A stretch of DNA of 26,094 bases. It comes from an uncultured virus (IMG/VR IMGVR_UViG_3300033142_001620) (taxonomy: Duplodnaviria > Heunggongvirae > Uroviricota > Caudoviricetes). Under the pieces are notes generated by a model. That model was not told the origin of the DNA. It made no database searches and worked only from the letters and a program-made list of their open reading frames with translations. The stretch lies in the IMG/VR virus record IMGVR_UViG_3300033142_001620; one strand, 5' to 3'. Each line of letters opens with the position of its first letter. Position 1 is the first letter of the stretch. Position numbers and translations under genes: made by a program. Of the stretch, positions 10,301 to 17,625 are shown piece after piece.

Positions 10301-11366
10301 ATCCTTTAACAAGAACTGCAACAGCTTGTGCACCTCTCAAACCAAATAGACTATATGCTTTTCCCATATCAACTGTTTGAGTCTCAGCATCCCAAAGAAC
10401 CTTAGTAAGTTCTTTCATTGAGTTTTGAAAACCAACAGTCTTTGGATTTATCTTGTCAAGCGATATTCCTTGTGCCTCAAACTCCTGTCTAAGCTTCCTA
10501 TTTGGTGCTACCAGTCTCGAAAGCACTTGCCTCAATCCTGTACCTATTGTACTTGCTCTAAGTCCGTGGTTAGCAAGTAACATCATTGAAGCAGCTACCT
10601 CTTCAAGCTGAAGTCCAGACTGAGCAGCAGCGGCGCCCACAAAGTTGAACGCAATCTTCAATTTATCAATTGTTAATTTCGACCTATTTATAGCATTCGC
10701 CATGACATCGGAAACTCTTGCAGATTCGATTGTATCAAGACTAAATGCTCGGATAGTTGTGGTAAGTAAATCTGTGACTTCCTTCATATTGCCCAAAGTA
10801 CCAGTTGCAAGATTAGCTACCGACTCCATTGCATTCATAGCTTCAGAAGCAGTAAAACCAGCTTGACCTAAAAGAACCATTCCATCAGCAACCTCACCAG
10901 TAGAGAATTTTGTTGTTTCCGCCACCCTTTTAATTGTCTCTCCCATTCCAACAACTTCATCATCTGTAGCTCTGGTAATAGCTTGCAAATTCTTTAATGC
11001 TTGGTCATAATCAACTATTTCCTTTATTCCTGCTTTAAATGCATTCGTAACAGCAAAGATGGCTGTAGCCGCTATTCCATAAGAAGCTGTCACTTTCATA
11101 GCTGCTACAGTCCGTTTAAAAGCTCCTTCAACTTTACCTATCTGCTTACTGTACTCTTGAGCTTTCTTTCCGCCCTTAGTAAATGCGGCATTAGTTTTAC
11201 CAACAGCAGTGCTAACTCCCCCCATTCCTGCCTTAGCTGCTTTTCCTGCCTGAGCATAAGCTGAGTTAAGTGTCTTTAGCGAGGCTTTCATTTTTCCAAT
11301 GGTGGAAAAGAACTCTGTAGCATCTGCTCTAAATATTGTTCCAAGATTTAATGATTTACCAGCCAT
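7398..11366 (-). CDS. Tail tape measure protein
   Basis: 1322 aa, Ala/Gly/Lys-rich and helical. It has the TP901-type core TTKFSTGEVADGMVLLGQAGFTASEAMNAMESVANLA, central hydrophobic segments, a coiled coil and C-terminal GEWVIRKEAV. It follows the tail chaperone genes. Confidence 0.95.
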   Translation of the reverse strand: MAGKSLNLGTIFRADATEFFSTIGKMKASLKTLNSAYAQAGKAAKAGMGGVSTAVGKTNAAFTKGGKKAQEYSKQIGKVEGAFKRTVAAMKVTASYGIAATAIFAVTNAFKAGIKEIVDYDQALKNLQAITRATDDEVVGMGETIKRVAETTKFSTGEVADGMVLLGQAGFTASEAMNAMESVANLATGTLGNMKEVTDLLTTTIRAFSLDTIESARVSDVMANAINRSKLTIDKLKIAFNFVGAAAAQSGLQLEEVAASMMLLANHGLRASTIGTGLRQVLSRLVAPNRKLRQEFEAQGISLDKINPKTVGFQNSMKELTKVLWDAETQTVDMGKAYSLFGLRGAQAVAVLVKGFAGKGFQDMLDKTYEVGTAASMAAKQMEGLGVAFKNLVDRAKLIAVTLGEGGVTNSLRILVQVLKGATIAIQTFLRSGIGQLIISMGAVTGATYLLSKAFVFLGVKALLLSKIFTGTKLVMGVLVSEFIAMNRAIGLSAAISGTMGTVFSRLWGIMAAHPFLAIAVGVGVVVGAINHFLGSTQRAIDETVKLTQETTNNVHALKVYSSALDVISKKRDEGKKIDTEYITVLKRLRESYPDLKDQIELSTEAFEKNREAVEEALGREAQKNIEETTKLVKLYTKAAEEARIKAGLLEFVAIGIRKLGEGVAWFLEGVGKIWGSIFHFFGELARKIPFVGKAIGSELDDIADTFDNLVGNMKAYYSDLGKESKEALKIEGRRLQALRNVSETMKEAGKTTKQVTEELKKMGATTEQIEKISDVFDDQVLSLEELEKRYGNAAEEMPKLFVTFYEEMDDMRKADFLKAIKSMDDEVAAAKKKHKDMEGVTELGYATMAAIKARHLLKFVEDNYKDVLSEEELSKKKVEILDAYLIEVDRVYSERTKKIQNTYQKEHELAEGNFDKLKDAQEKFDLAIVEATKERTKSIEGIQKVHNERIQVEQKKLVDKLRELHKKMAEDLINQLKSKYDELKTEVEKLMDDLKSLEESYNDAIRESKQKTMTEEEKWYDDRKELNRLMNEARTTNDEDTWKKAFDLAKSLGKEIEDEQGNVVKSMEETTRLSQKLMTEIHGEQMKLVRKEIAEREHQMDTIKKDITELEGLVKQYGEAIDEVSKKELQLKMEQALQSIGEAHDIVTKFKSKWDALESKVITLTIKVNDQSGGKFDSGPDIAPEGKTGGVVKAKRGAKLPGFGGGDKVRALLEAGEWVIRKEAVQKYGSAMFAALNNLNFDVQDLLGGAMKKMGGFINPPVHKFQAGGSTVGEESGSGGGTKIYNVTFSPQFMTGDEMAMRNMAPELKRVLNELDDRWGS

Positions 11367-11368
11367 AA

Positions 11369-11755
11369 TTATTTCCTCATTGTATTAGCTGCCCAAGATT
11401 TGTGTTTTCCCATCATCTGTCGGGTCTTCTCTTTTTTCTCCCCATCAGACATTTTTTCATAATCCTTAGGGTCACCAAACATAAAAGAACTTTCCTCTTT
11501 GTTTTTATTCATCTCCTTATCAAGATTAATGCCATGTATTCCTGCAAGAAATCTCCTCTCTTGCATTTGTCCCTCTTGGTACTGCTCAAAAAGAACGAGC
11601 ATTTGTTCAGTTGTTAAACCTCCTTCTTTAAAGCTTCTTTTGAAGAAGTGTTCAAGGCGGTATCCATATTGTTGGCAGACTGTGATAACTGCCTCTTCAA
11701 GACCGATTCCAATTGCTCCGTCTGGAAGAGGCTCATCACGTTTTTTACTGGTGTT
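11369..11755 (-). CDS. Frameshifted tail assembly chaperone extension (lambda gpT-like part of the G-T fusion)
   Basis: The -1 frame relative to the chaperone ORF is open from 11755 to the stop at 11369 (KRDEPLPDGAIGIGLEEAVITVCQQYGYRLEHFF...MLVLFEQY...). It lies between the chaperone and tape measure genes. Confidence 0.8.
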   Translation of the reverse strand, partial: NTSKKRDEPLPDGAIGIGLEEAVITVCQQYGYRLEHFFKRSFKEGGLTTEQMLVLFEQYQEGQMQERRFLAGIHGINLDKEMNKNKEESSFMFGDPKDYEKMSDGEKKEKTRQMMGKHKSWAANTMRK

Positions 11756-12120
11756 TTATAATTGGTGTTATAAACAACTTCAACAATCTGTGAAAGCTGG
11801 TCATTATCCAATTCCTTCATTAATTTTGGGATATTTTCATCAGGCAGAACGAATTTAAAAATTGGCTCAATGTTTTCCTCTATTGCTTTTACTGCTCTCG
11901 AAACCATTATAAGGTTCTTATCATCTTTCGATTTCCCCCCATCATCTTTAAAAATAGACTTTAAAACCTCATCTATCAATTTCGTGAGTTGTTTTTGATC
12001 GTGCATAGATAAAGGATATACTTTAATTTTCCTCAAATTGTGAATGCCAATTTCGACATCCACAATTCGGGGATTGACCCTTTGGGCGATGTTCTTTTTT
12101 AATTTAATTTTATCTGGCAT
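11614..12120 (-). CDS. Tail assembly chaperone (gpG-like), 168 aa
   Basis: Likely start is ATG 12120 (MPDKIKLKK) after an AAGGAG RBS, rather than 12276, which overlaps the tail tube gene. It sits between tail tube and tape measure. Confidence 0.8.
   Translation of the reverse strand: MPDKIKLKKNIAQRVNPRIVDVEIGIHNLRKIKVYPLSMHDQKQLTKLIDEVLKSIFKDDGGKSKDDKNLIMVSRAVKAIEENIEPIFKFVLPDENIPKLMKELDNDQLSQIVEVVYNTNYKTPVKNVMSLFQTEQLESVLKRQLSQSANNMDTALNTSSKEALKKEV
11740..11746 (-). other. Programmed -1 ribosomal frameshift slippery site A-AAA-AAC
   Basis: GTA AAA AAC in the chaperone frame fits X XXY YYZ. The -1 frame has a TAA four codons upstream of the site and is then open into the 11369 ORF. Confidence 0.8.
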
Positions 12121-12142
12121 TTCTATTCTCCTTAAAAGATTG

Positions 12143-12778
12143 TTATGATGTTGTTGTTGTAGTAGTAGTGGTAGTGGTAAACGTGCTACCATCATTCCAC
12201 AGGATTTGTCCAATGGGCTTATTATCCCATGCAGCGTTTCCACCTGATACTTCACTGTCTGCCCGTTTTGCTTCAATCATAACAGCAACGGCGGCAGGCT
12301 CTTCAGGTGCAAAGTCCATTTCAATAGAACCAGAAACTTGTGCTCTCGGAAAAATAATATTCAGCGTATTTGTTCCATCGGGATATGTATAGATGGCTTC
12401 CATACGAATACTAACAGGAGCAGCAAGCGTACCGAGTTTAATAGACCCTGAATGTGCTTCAGAATATTCAGCACTGGTTGGGTCGACACCTCTTGCGAGT
12501 GCCAAGTTAAAAGGAGTCATCTCTTTAAACGCACATTCAAGAGCAGCAGACTCCCTTAGTGGGAACACAGCATCTTCAAGCATAGGATAACCAGATTCCA
12601 GTTTGAAGAACTCAGCATTGCCAACAAACTTAGTGTTTGCAAGAGCACCAATAGAGTCGCCGGCTACAAGAACAGGAAATTGCTTCGTAAGATTCGCAGC
12701 AGAAGCACCAATTCTTATTTGTGCTAACCCCAATGCTATGGTGGTGGTGTCTTTAGTTGTGGGACCAGTAGTTGCCAT
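12143..12778 (-). CDS. Major tail (tube) protein with C-terminal poly-Thr tail
   Basis: 211 aa with a strong AGGAGGTG RBS. Beta-rich (IALGLAQIRIG...IIFPRAQVSGSIEMDF) and located before the chaperone and tape measure genes. Confidence 0.85.
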   Translation of the reverse strand: MATTGPTTKDTTTIALGLAQIRIGASAANLTKQFPVLVAGDSIGALANTKFVGNAEFFKLESGYPMLEDAVFPLRESAALECAFKEMTPFNLALARGVDPTSAEYSEAHSGSIKLGTLAAPVSIRMEAIYTYPDGTNTLNIIFPRAQVSGSIEMDFAPEEPAAVAVMIEAKRADSEVSGGNAAWDNKPIGQILWNDGSTFTTTTTTTTTTS

Positions 12779-12791
12779 AATATCACCTCCT

Positions 12792-13052
12792 TTATTCTAT
12801 ATTAGTTGTTTCTTCGTTTTTGCCAGAGTTTTCAGCTTTCGGCTGATTGAAAGGAAAATAACTGAATGTGTTAAAATGACCGCAAGACCTTCTGATACAC
12901 TTCATCTTGACTGAGCCATGTATTAACATATAAACTGGTGGAGTCCTTGACGAATCCACTTTTTTTCCAAAAACAAACTTGAACAGTCCATTTGAAAGCC
13001 TCTCGATTAGTTTCTTATTACATTTTTCACAATAACAAAAGTTCTTGGGCAT
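12792..13052 (-). CDS. Zinc-finger protein, Mu Com-like
   Basis: 86 aa. CEKCNKKL...VKMKCIRRSCGHFN resembles the Com-family CxxCxKxL...IKCxxC pattern, with an insertion. Confidence 0.55.
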   Translation of the reverse strand: MPKNFCYCEKCNKKLIERLSNGLFKFVFGKKVDSSRTPPVYMLIHGSVKMKCIRRSCGHFNTFSYFPFNQPKAENSGKNEETTNIE

Positions 13053-13061
13053 TGTATACCT

Positions 13062-13538
13062 CTACATTTTCGATGGCGTCCGTAATCGAACAGTTATAAT
13101 TTTATACTTGGTCTCATCAGGTGCCTCCATCTGACCAGATTCAAAAACATCCTGTACCAATAAACTGCCCAAAAGAATCCAATTTGCTCTGATTGGCATA
13201 CTCCTATAAAATGGAATCCTGACTTGCCCATCTGCAACAATACCATCATTTACAAGATACCCCATTACTGAATCTCGTAACTGAGCCAACTTGAATCCCT
13301 CATTATCCTGTCTCGTACAACAAAACAGCCTTATACTCATTTCCGACATTGTTCCCAATTGTATCGTATCTATAATAACACTTACCCATCTGTGAACAGT
13401 TTTTCCCTGCAAATCTGGTGAAGCTAAAGCTTTGTCAAAAGTCAAAGGAATGCCTTCGGCAGTTTCGATTCCAGCAATAAGGTAATCCTTCAAGCTATCC
13501 CTAAAATTTGATTCTCTCGCAGTTGGGTCAAGAGCCAT
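13062..13538 (-). CDS. Putative tail terminator/completion protein
   Basis: 158 aa. The call rests on size and position between the neck gene and the tail tube. Confidence 0.55.
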   Translation of the reverse strand: MALDPTARESNFRDSLKDYLIAGIETAEGIPLTFDKALASPDLQGKTVHRWVSVIIDTIQLGTMSEMSIRLFCCTRQDNEGFKLAQLRDSVMGYLVNDGIVADGQVRIPFYRSMPIRANWILLGSLLVQDVFESGQMEAPDETKYKIITVRLRTPSKM

Positions 13539-13749
13539 TTTGTGTGTTCTCCTCTACTCGATCAATTATCTTCTCTGTACTTACACTTATCTGTTGAATT
13601 TCATCTACCAGTTCTTCCTCAGTGTCACCAAATACTTTAATGAAGATAGGAAGTGCTTTCTCAAAGAACCGCTGCATATTTCGCAACTGAGCTTCCGAAA
13701 ACTCCACTGCAATATAAACATCTCTTGGTTCTAATCCTAATAATTTCAT
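13528..13749 (-). CDS. Hypothetical small acidic protein
   Basis: ATGA overlap with the upstream stop at 13746-13748. It overlaps the next start, consistent with operon packing. Confidence 0.6.
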   Translation of the reverse strand: MKLLGLEPRDVYIAVEFSEAQLRNMQRFFEKALPIFIKVFGDTEEELVDEIQQISVSTEKIIDRVEENTQNGS

Positions 13750-14276
13750 TTCCAATATCCTTTCATTTTGTGTAATGATTGTATCCCTTGTTTTTGAAAC
13801 TCACCCTGCCAATATTCCTCAGTTGATGGAACAAATAGAGGTCTCGCAGGTTGTCCTTTTCTTCCATATTCAAGCCATGTGGCATATTGAGCTACATCCA
13901 CCGAATGTCCTCTATCTCCTTTTCCAAACCAAGATGTTCCCCCCACTACCATTCCAACTTCAATTCCCCCCATCCATCCGCCTTTTACCTTAAAAGCAGC
14001 AATCCTCTGAATGAGATTATTAAACAAAGCCCAAAACTCTCTTCCTGACCTTCCATAATGTTTTTTCCACTCCTTATATCTTGGATTCAAAGGAGCATAC
14101 CCACTGGCATATTTTTGGGTGCTTATATTTCCTACAACTAAATTAGAAAATGCAACAGCGTTTCTATATGGCAGATCATTCTTCTCTCTCTTCACATGGG
14201 CACTAATCCCATTCAAAGCAGCAAAATATCTTTTAAGATGAAGTTGATTAAATCTTACAAACTTATTTAAAGCCAT
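13746..14276 (-). CDS. HK97 gp10-like neck/tail completion protein
   Basis: YATWLEYGRKGQPARPLFVP matches the YAxxxEYGT...PARPF motif. The start was set at MALNKF (14276). Confidence 0.8.
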   Translation of the reverse strand: MALNKFVRFNQLHLKRYFAALNGISAHVKREKNDLPYRNAVAFSNLVVGNISTQKYASGYAPLNPRYKEWKKHYGRSGREFWALFNNLIQRIAAFKVKGGWMGGIEVGMVVGGTSWFGKGDRGHSVDVAQYATWLEYGRKGQPARPLFVPSTEEYWQGEFQKQGIQSLHKMKGYWK

Positions 14277-14661
14277 GTTCACACACCCATCCATTTAATA
14301 TTTTTTCATATTCAATAGCATCCTCAGTCCGAAAAGGCGCAGCATGTAATCTTATATTGCTCCTAAATATTCTGGGATACCAGTCTGCTGTCTTAGCCAA
14401 ATAATTCTTTTTATAAAGGACAAGAGCATTATTACCAATTGTCATCAAAAATGTTTTCAAGTTCTTTTTAATAGCTTTGTCGATATACTCATTATCAAGA
14501 AAGACTCCATACCATGGCGCTGTCTTGTCCGTTGAATTTATATCAGCATAAGTATTGACAAAAGATACAGAACTTACACAATCTTTGGGGAAGGACACAA
14601 CAGTACTGGCTCCTCCCGAGTTCTTTTTAAATGAAGGCAGAATAAATAAATGCATTTTCAT
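14263..14661 (-). CDS. Small protein resembling a degenerate GT2 (GT-A) glycosyltransferase domain, 132 aa
   Basis: ATGA-coupled start at 14661. TAPWYGVFLDNEYIDKAIKKNLKTFL...ALVLYKKNY...WYPRIFRSNIR parallels the GT2 pattern DWILxLDADExL...Y...RxNY...RLFR. Confidence 0.5.
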   Translation of the reverse strand: MKMHLFILPSFKKNSGGASTVVSFPKDCVSSVSFVNTYADINSTDKTAPWYGVFLDNEYIDKAIKKNLKTFLMTIGNNALVLYKKNYLAKTADWYPRIFRSNIRLHAAPFRTEDAIEYEKILNGWVCEHGFK

Positions 14662-14822
14662 GTTACATGTCTCCCATCTATTCTTATAGGTTCGCCCTTG
14701 GGCAACGGAACTGCTCTTACTAAAGCAGTGTTGCAAACAGGGCAATTGAAACTCTCTCTTCTTTCTTTTGTTATGTCAAACTTACACTTACATTTTGGGC
14801 ATTTTGTCCGTACATTAGCCAT
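14658..14822 (-). CDS. Small zinc-ribbon protein, 54 aa (not in the ORF track)
   Basis: AAGGAG RBS, then MANVRTKCPKCKCKFDITKERRESFNCPVCNTALVRAVPLPKGEPIRIDGRHVT. It has two CxxC pairs and its TGA overlaps the next ATG. Confidence 0.8.
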   Translation of the reverse strand: MANVRTKCPKCKCKFDITKERRESFNCPVCNTALVRAVPLPKGEPIRIDGRHVT

Positions 14823-14864
14823 GACATACTCCTTATGTCTGGTATCTAACTGACAGCATACTCA

Positions 14865-15524
14865 TTATGCCGTAGTAGTTGTGGTACTACTCGTGGTTGT
14901 GGAAGTCGTGGGACCAACATCTTCTCCGATGTCAAGAACATCCACATTATTGTACCGTCTTCTCTTGACGGTTTCAACTCGATAAAATTCGCTCGATGAT
15001 ACTCTGATTCTATCCAATACTTGAGCGCCATAAGAACTTGGAAGATAAAGCTCATAATTTCCAATTCCAATTAAACCAAGCTCTTCGTTTGTATCCAAGT
15101 CAATTCCAAACATAGGAACTGAAATAAGGGCTTTTGCTCGTGTTTTAATTGGAGTCCATATGGTTCTCATCTGCAATGTATTGACATCCCGCACATTAGA
15201 CGGTCTCAAAACATCAATGAGAACATTTGTTTTATAAAGAACAGATTCATATTTTATTACTGCATTCTCAAATAAAGCTGGTGTACTGTTCATAATGATA
15301 TAACAATCTTCTGTTATAACAAACTGAATTATATCACCAGAAACTGCTTTTGTATCATGGGACAATGCAGCTTCAAGGAAATACTCCCGGATGAAGGGCT
15401 TTGTTACTTGAGCATTTGGTTTATATGTAAGATATTCACCGGTAACATTTCCTGAATCTCTAAGAACCAGATACTTGACACCAACTTCAGCCAATACTTC
15501 TTTTATATCGGGACCAATTGTCAT
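14865..15524 (-). CDS. Putative head closure/head-tail joining protein with C-terminal Ser/Thr tail
   Basis: 219 aa, beta-rich (DRIRV...FYRVETVK), TAATG-coupled to the upstream gene. It ends PTTSTTTSSTTTTTA. Confidence 0.6.
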   Translation of the reverse strand: MTIGPDIKEVLAEVGVKYLVLRDSGNVTGEYLTYKPNAQVTKPFIREYFLEAALSHDTKAVSGDIIQFVITEDCYIIMNSTPALFENAVIKYESVLYKTNVLIDVLRPSNVRDVNTLQMRTIWTPIKTRAKALISVPMFGIDLDTNEELGLIGIGNYELYLPSSYGAQVLDRIRVSSSEFYRVETVKRRRYNNVDVLDIGEDVGPTTSTTTSSTTTTTA

Positions 15525-15982
15525 TAATCTGAATCTCCGCCCGGAGTAAATACAACCTTGACATCATCATGGTAAGAAATGTCTTTACCTGTAATTGGGT
15601 CGTAATTAAATCCGGCATCAACTTTCGTGCCAAACATCTCATATGCCTCTGCATTCGCAAATTCATTTGGGAAGCTTTCTTGAGCTTCAGCAAAGTCCAA
15701 ATCCATCTTTTTAATTATCTTATCATAATGGTCAAATCTATGCTGTAAGTTTATCTGCTCATACTTAAATTTACTGGCACTCTCAGTGAATAAATAAAAA
15801 AACAGATGCCGCTTGGCTCTGTTTTTCATCCACATAATTTTAAAATCCGTGGCAACTGGGAATGTCCATCCTGTTTCTCTGCTTGCATCATCACAAGCAT
15901 TGGAATAGTCATCCCCACCTATGTAAGTACTCAAGCCTTTGACCTCTTCTTCGATCTTTTCTTCCATTTCTGATTTGGTCAT
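15524..15982 (-). CDS. Putative head-tail adaptor (helical)
   Basis: 152-aa helical, acidic protein shortly after the capsid gene, with an ATGA overlap. Confidence 0.55.
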   Translation of the reverse strand: MTKSEMEEKIEEEVKGLSTYIGGDDYSNACDDASRETGWTFPVATDFKIMWMKNRAKRHLFFYLFTESASKFKYEQINLQHRFDHYDKIIKKMDLDFAEAQESFPNEFANAEAYEMFGTKVDAGFNYDPITGKDISYHDDVKVVFTPGGDSD

Positions 15983-16269
15983 TTCTTTTTCCTTAATTTA
16001 AGTTGTACTTTTGGTTTAAGTTTTAGATTTGCTTTCTTTTCCACCTTCATTGTGGTCGTAGTTGTTGCTTTTTTTAATTTCTTTTTTGAGACAGGGACGG
16101 GTTTAATTTTAATATCCCGTCCCTGTTTCAATACTTTAACAGTCCCGGTCATTTTTTCTATTTCAGTCAAAATGACCTCAGGAATTGGGGCACTGAGAAC
16201 AGTGCCCTTATCCCAAACTGTTTGTCCTGCTTTTAATGCTTTAAGCATAATTACTTTTTCGATTTTCAT
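15979..16269 (-). CDS. Small Lys-rich protein following the capsid gene, 96 aa
   Basis: Likely start MKIEKVIM at 16269 after GGGAG. The C-terminus is highly basic: KKATTTTTMKVEKKANLKLKPKVQLKLRKKK. Confidence 0.65.
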   Translation of the reverse strand: MKIEKVIMLKALKAGQTVWDKGTVLSAPIPEVILTEIEKMTGTVKVLKQGRDIKIKPVPVSKKKLKKATTTTTMKVEKKANLKLKPKVQLKLRKKK

Positions 16270-16294
16270 GTCGATTGTCTCCCTATACTGCTTA

Positions 16295-17611
16295 TTACGC
16301 AGTCGTTGTGGTAGTAGTTGAACTACTTGAAGTAGAAGTTGCCGGTACATCACCAGCAGCATACTTCTTCACAACATCCAAAATGTACATGGCGTCACGA
16401 TTATAAAGGATGGGAATACCTTTGTCCTGTACCCTGATATAAACTCCTTCAGGGTCCCATTCCTCATGTTTGTCGGTGTACTGTCCGTAATGTCTTCCGA
16501 GACCGAACGGAGCTTCTTTGTACTCGGCAATGGGCTGTGCATCAACGTTAGTGGCTATCATAACGAATTTATCATCCGGTATGAAAGCTTTGCCCATAGT
16601 TATATAATCCTTGCTTGCTCTGTACGCAGATGTAACACCCTGAGACAGTTGAATCAAATTTGTCTCAGTTGTAATGGCAGCAATATGACGATCTTCCCAA
16701 ACTCTCGTTCCTGAATTGAAAAGTCGAATCACATTCCCTGCTTCAAAATCAGAAACATCATTAACCTCAATGTAAGACTGTCCAACGGAAACGGCGGAAG
16801 TAACCCACGCTCGTACCTCATATCGCTCATCATAAATGACAAGATTCGGAATGTCCAGAAGGGCACCCAAAACTTTCGGATTAACCCCAATTATGCTATG
16901 AAGATTTCCTTTGTAAAGTCCACCGTCGCCAAAAGCATTCTTTTGGAGAATGCCTCTCAGAGCAGTATCATTAGCAAGGAGCTTCAGAACTGTAGAGTTA
17001 CAGATTGCAAGGTCAACAAGACCACCACAATCATCCGAAATCTTTTTCTTGCCGTCCTGAATGTTGCCGATAATATCTCTGCTTGCACCATCAGACCAGT
17101 TGTAAGCATCTGCAAGCTCAACTTTGTGGTCAGACGGAATCTGGTAATCAACATCAATTTTAACTCCACCCTTTAAGGCGTATTCAAAACTTCCATTGAA
17201 AAGCATTTGGGCAAACATCCATTCTTTTCTTCGGTTTGAACGGTTTGAAAGCAAGGCGAGTTCCCTTGCCAAAGTTGCAGCAGCACTTTGATGAGCCGCT
17301 TCGTCCCCCGGTTTTCTCAGGTTATTAAGAAACTCTTCGTCAAAATGCATTTTCTCTTTCCAATAGGCTGCTTCAGCACTGTGTTGAGCAACACCGTGTG
17401 GTGATGTCAACGGAGCAGGCGCTCCAGGCGGAACGAAAGGAGTCATACCCCTACCGCCTCTTTGACTTTCCCACAAAATCGTGCTCGATGGGGAAGCTGA
17501 AGAACCAAATATATTCATTAGTATCAGATTCGGAGGTGACATAAAGGTAGTCAAAAACTTCTGCAATACCTCTAACCTCAGAATCGGAATGTCGCTTGAA
17601 CCTCGTGGCAT
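16295..17611 (-). CDS. Major capsid protein (lambda gpE-like family) with an inserted beta domain and C-terminal Ser/Thr tail
   Basis: ATG 17611 after GAGGAGGTG. MTPFVPPG, RRKEWMFAQMLFNG, IDVDYQIP, IPDDKFVM and WDPEGVY...GIPIL are typical of capsid protein E homologues. It follows the decoration gene. Confidence 0.9.
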   Translation of the reverse strand: MPRGSSDIPILRLEVLQKFLTTFMSPPNLILMNIFGSSASPSSTILWESQRGGRGMTPFVPPGAPAPLTSPHGVAQHSAEAAYWKEKMHFDEEFLNNLRKPGDEAAHQSAAATLARELALLSNRSNRRKEWMFAQMLFNGSFEYALKGGVKIDVDYQIPSDHKVELADAYNWSDGASRDIIGNIQDGKKKISDDCGGLVDLAICNSTVLKLLANDTALRGILQKNAFGDGGLYKGNLHSIIGVNPKVLGALLDIPNLVIYDERYEVRAWVTSAVSVGQSYIEVNDVSDFEAGNVIRLFNSGTRVWEDRHIAAITTETNLIQLSQGVTSAYRASKDYITMGKAFIPDDKFVMIATNVDAQPIAEYKEAPFGLGRHYGQYTDKHEEWDPEGVYIRVQDKGIPILYNRDAMYILDVVKKYAAGDVPATSTSSSSTTTTTTA

Positions 17612-17625
17612 AGAAATCACCTCCT

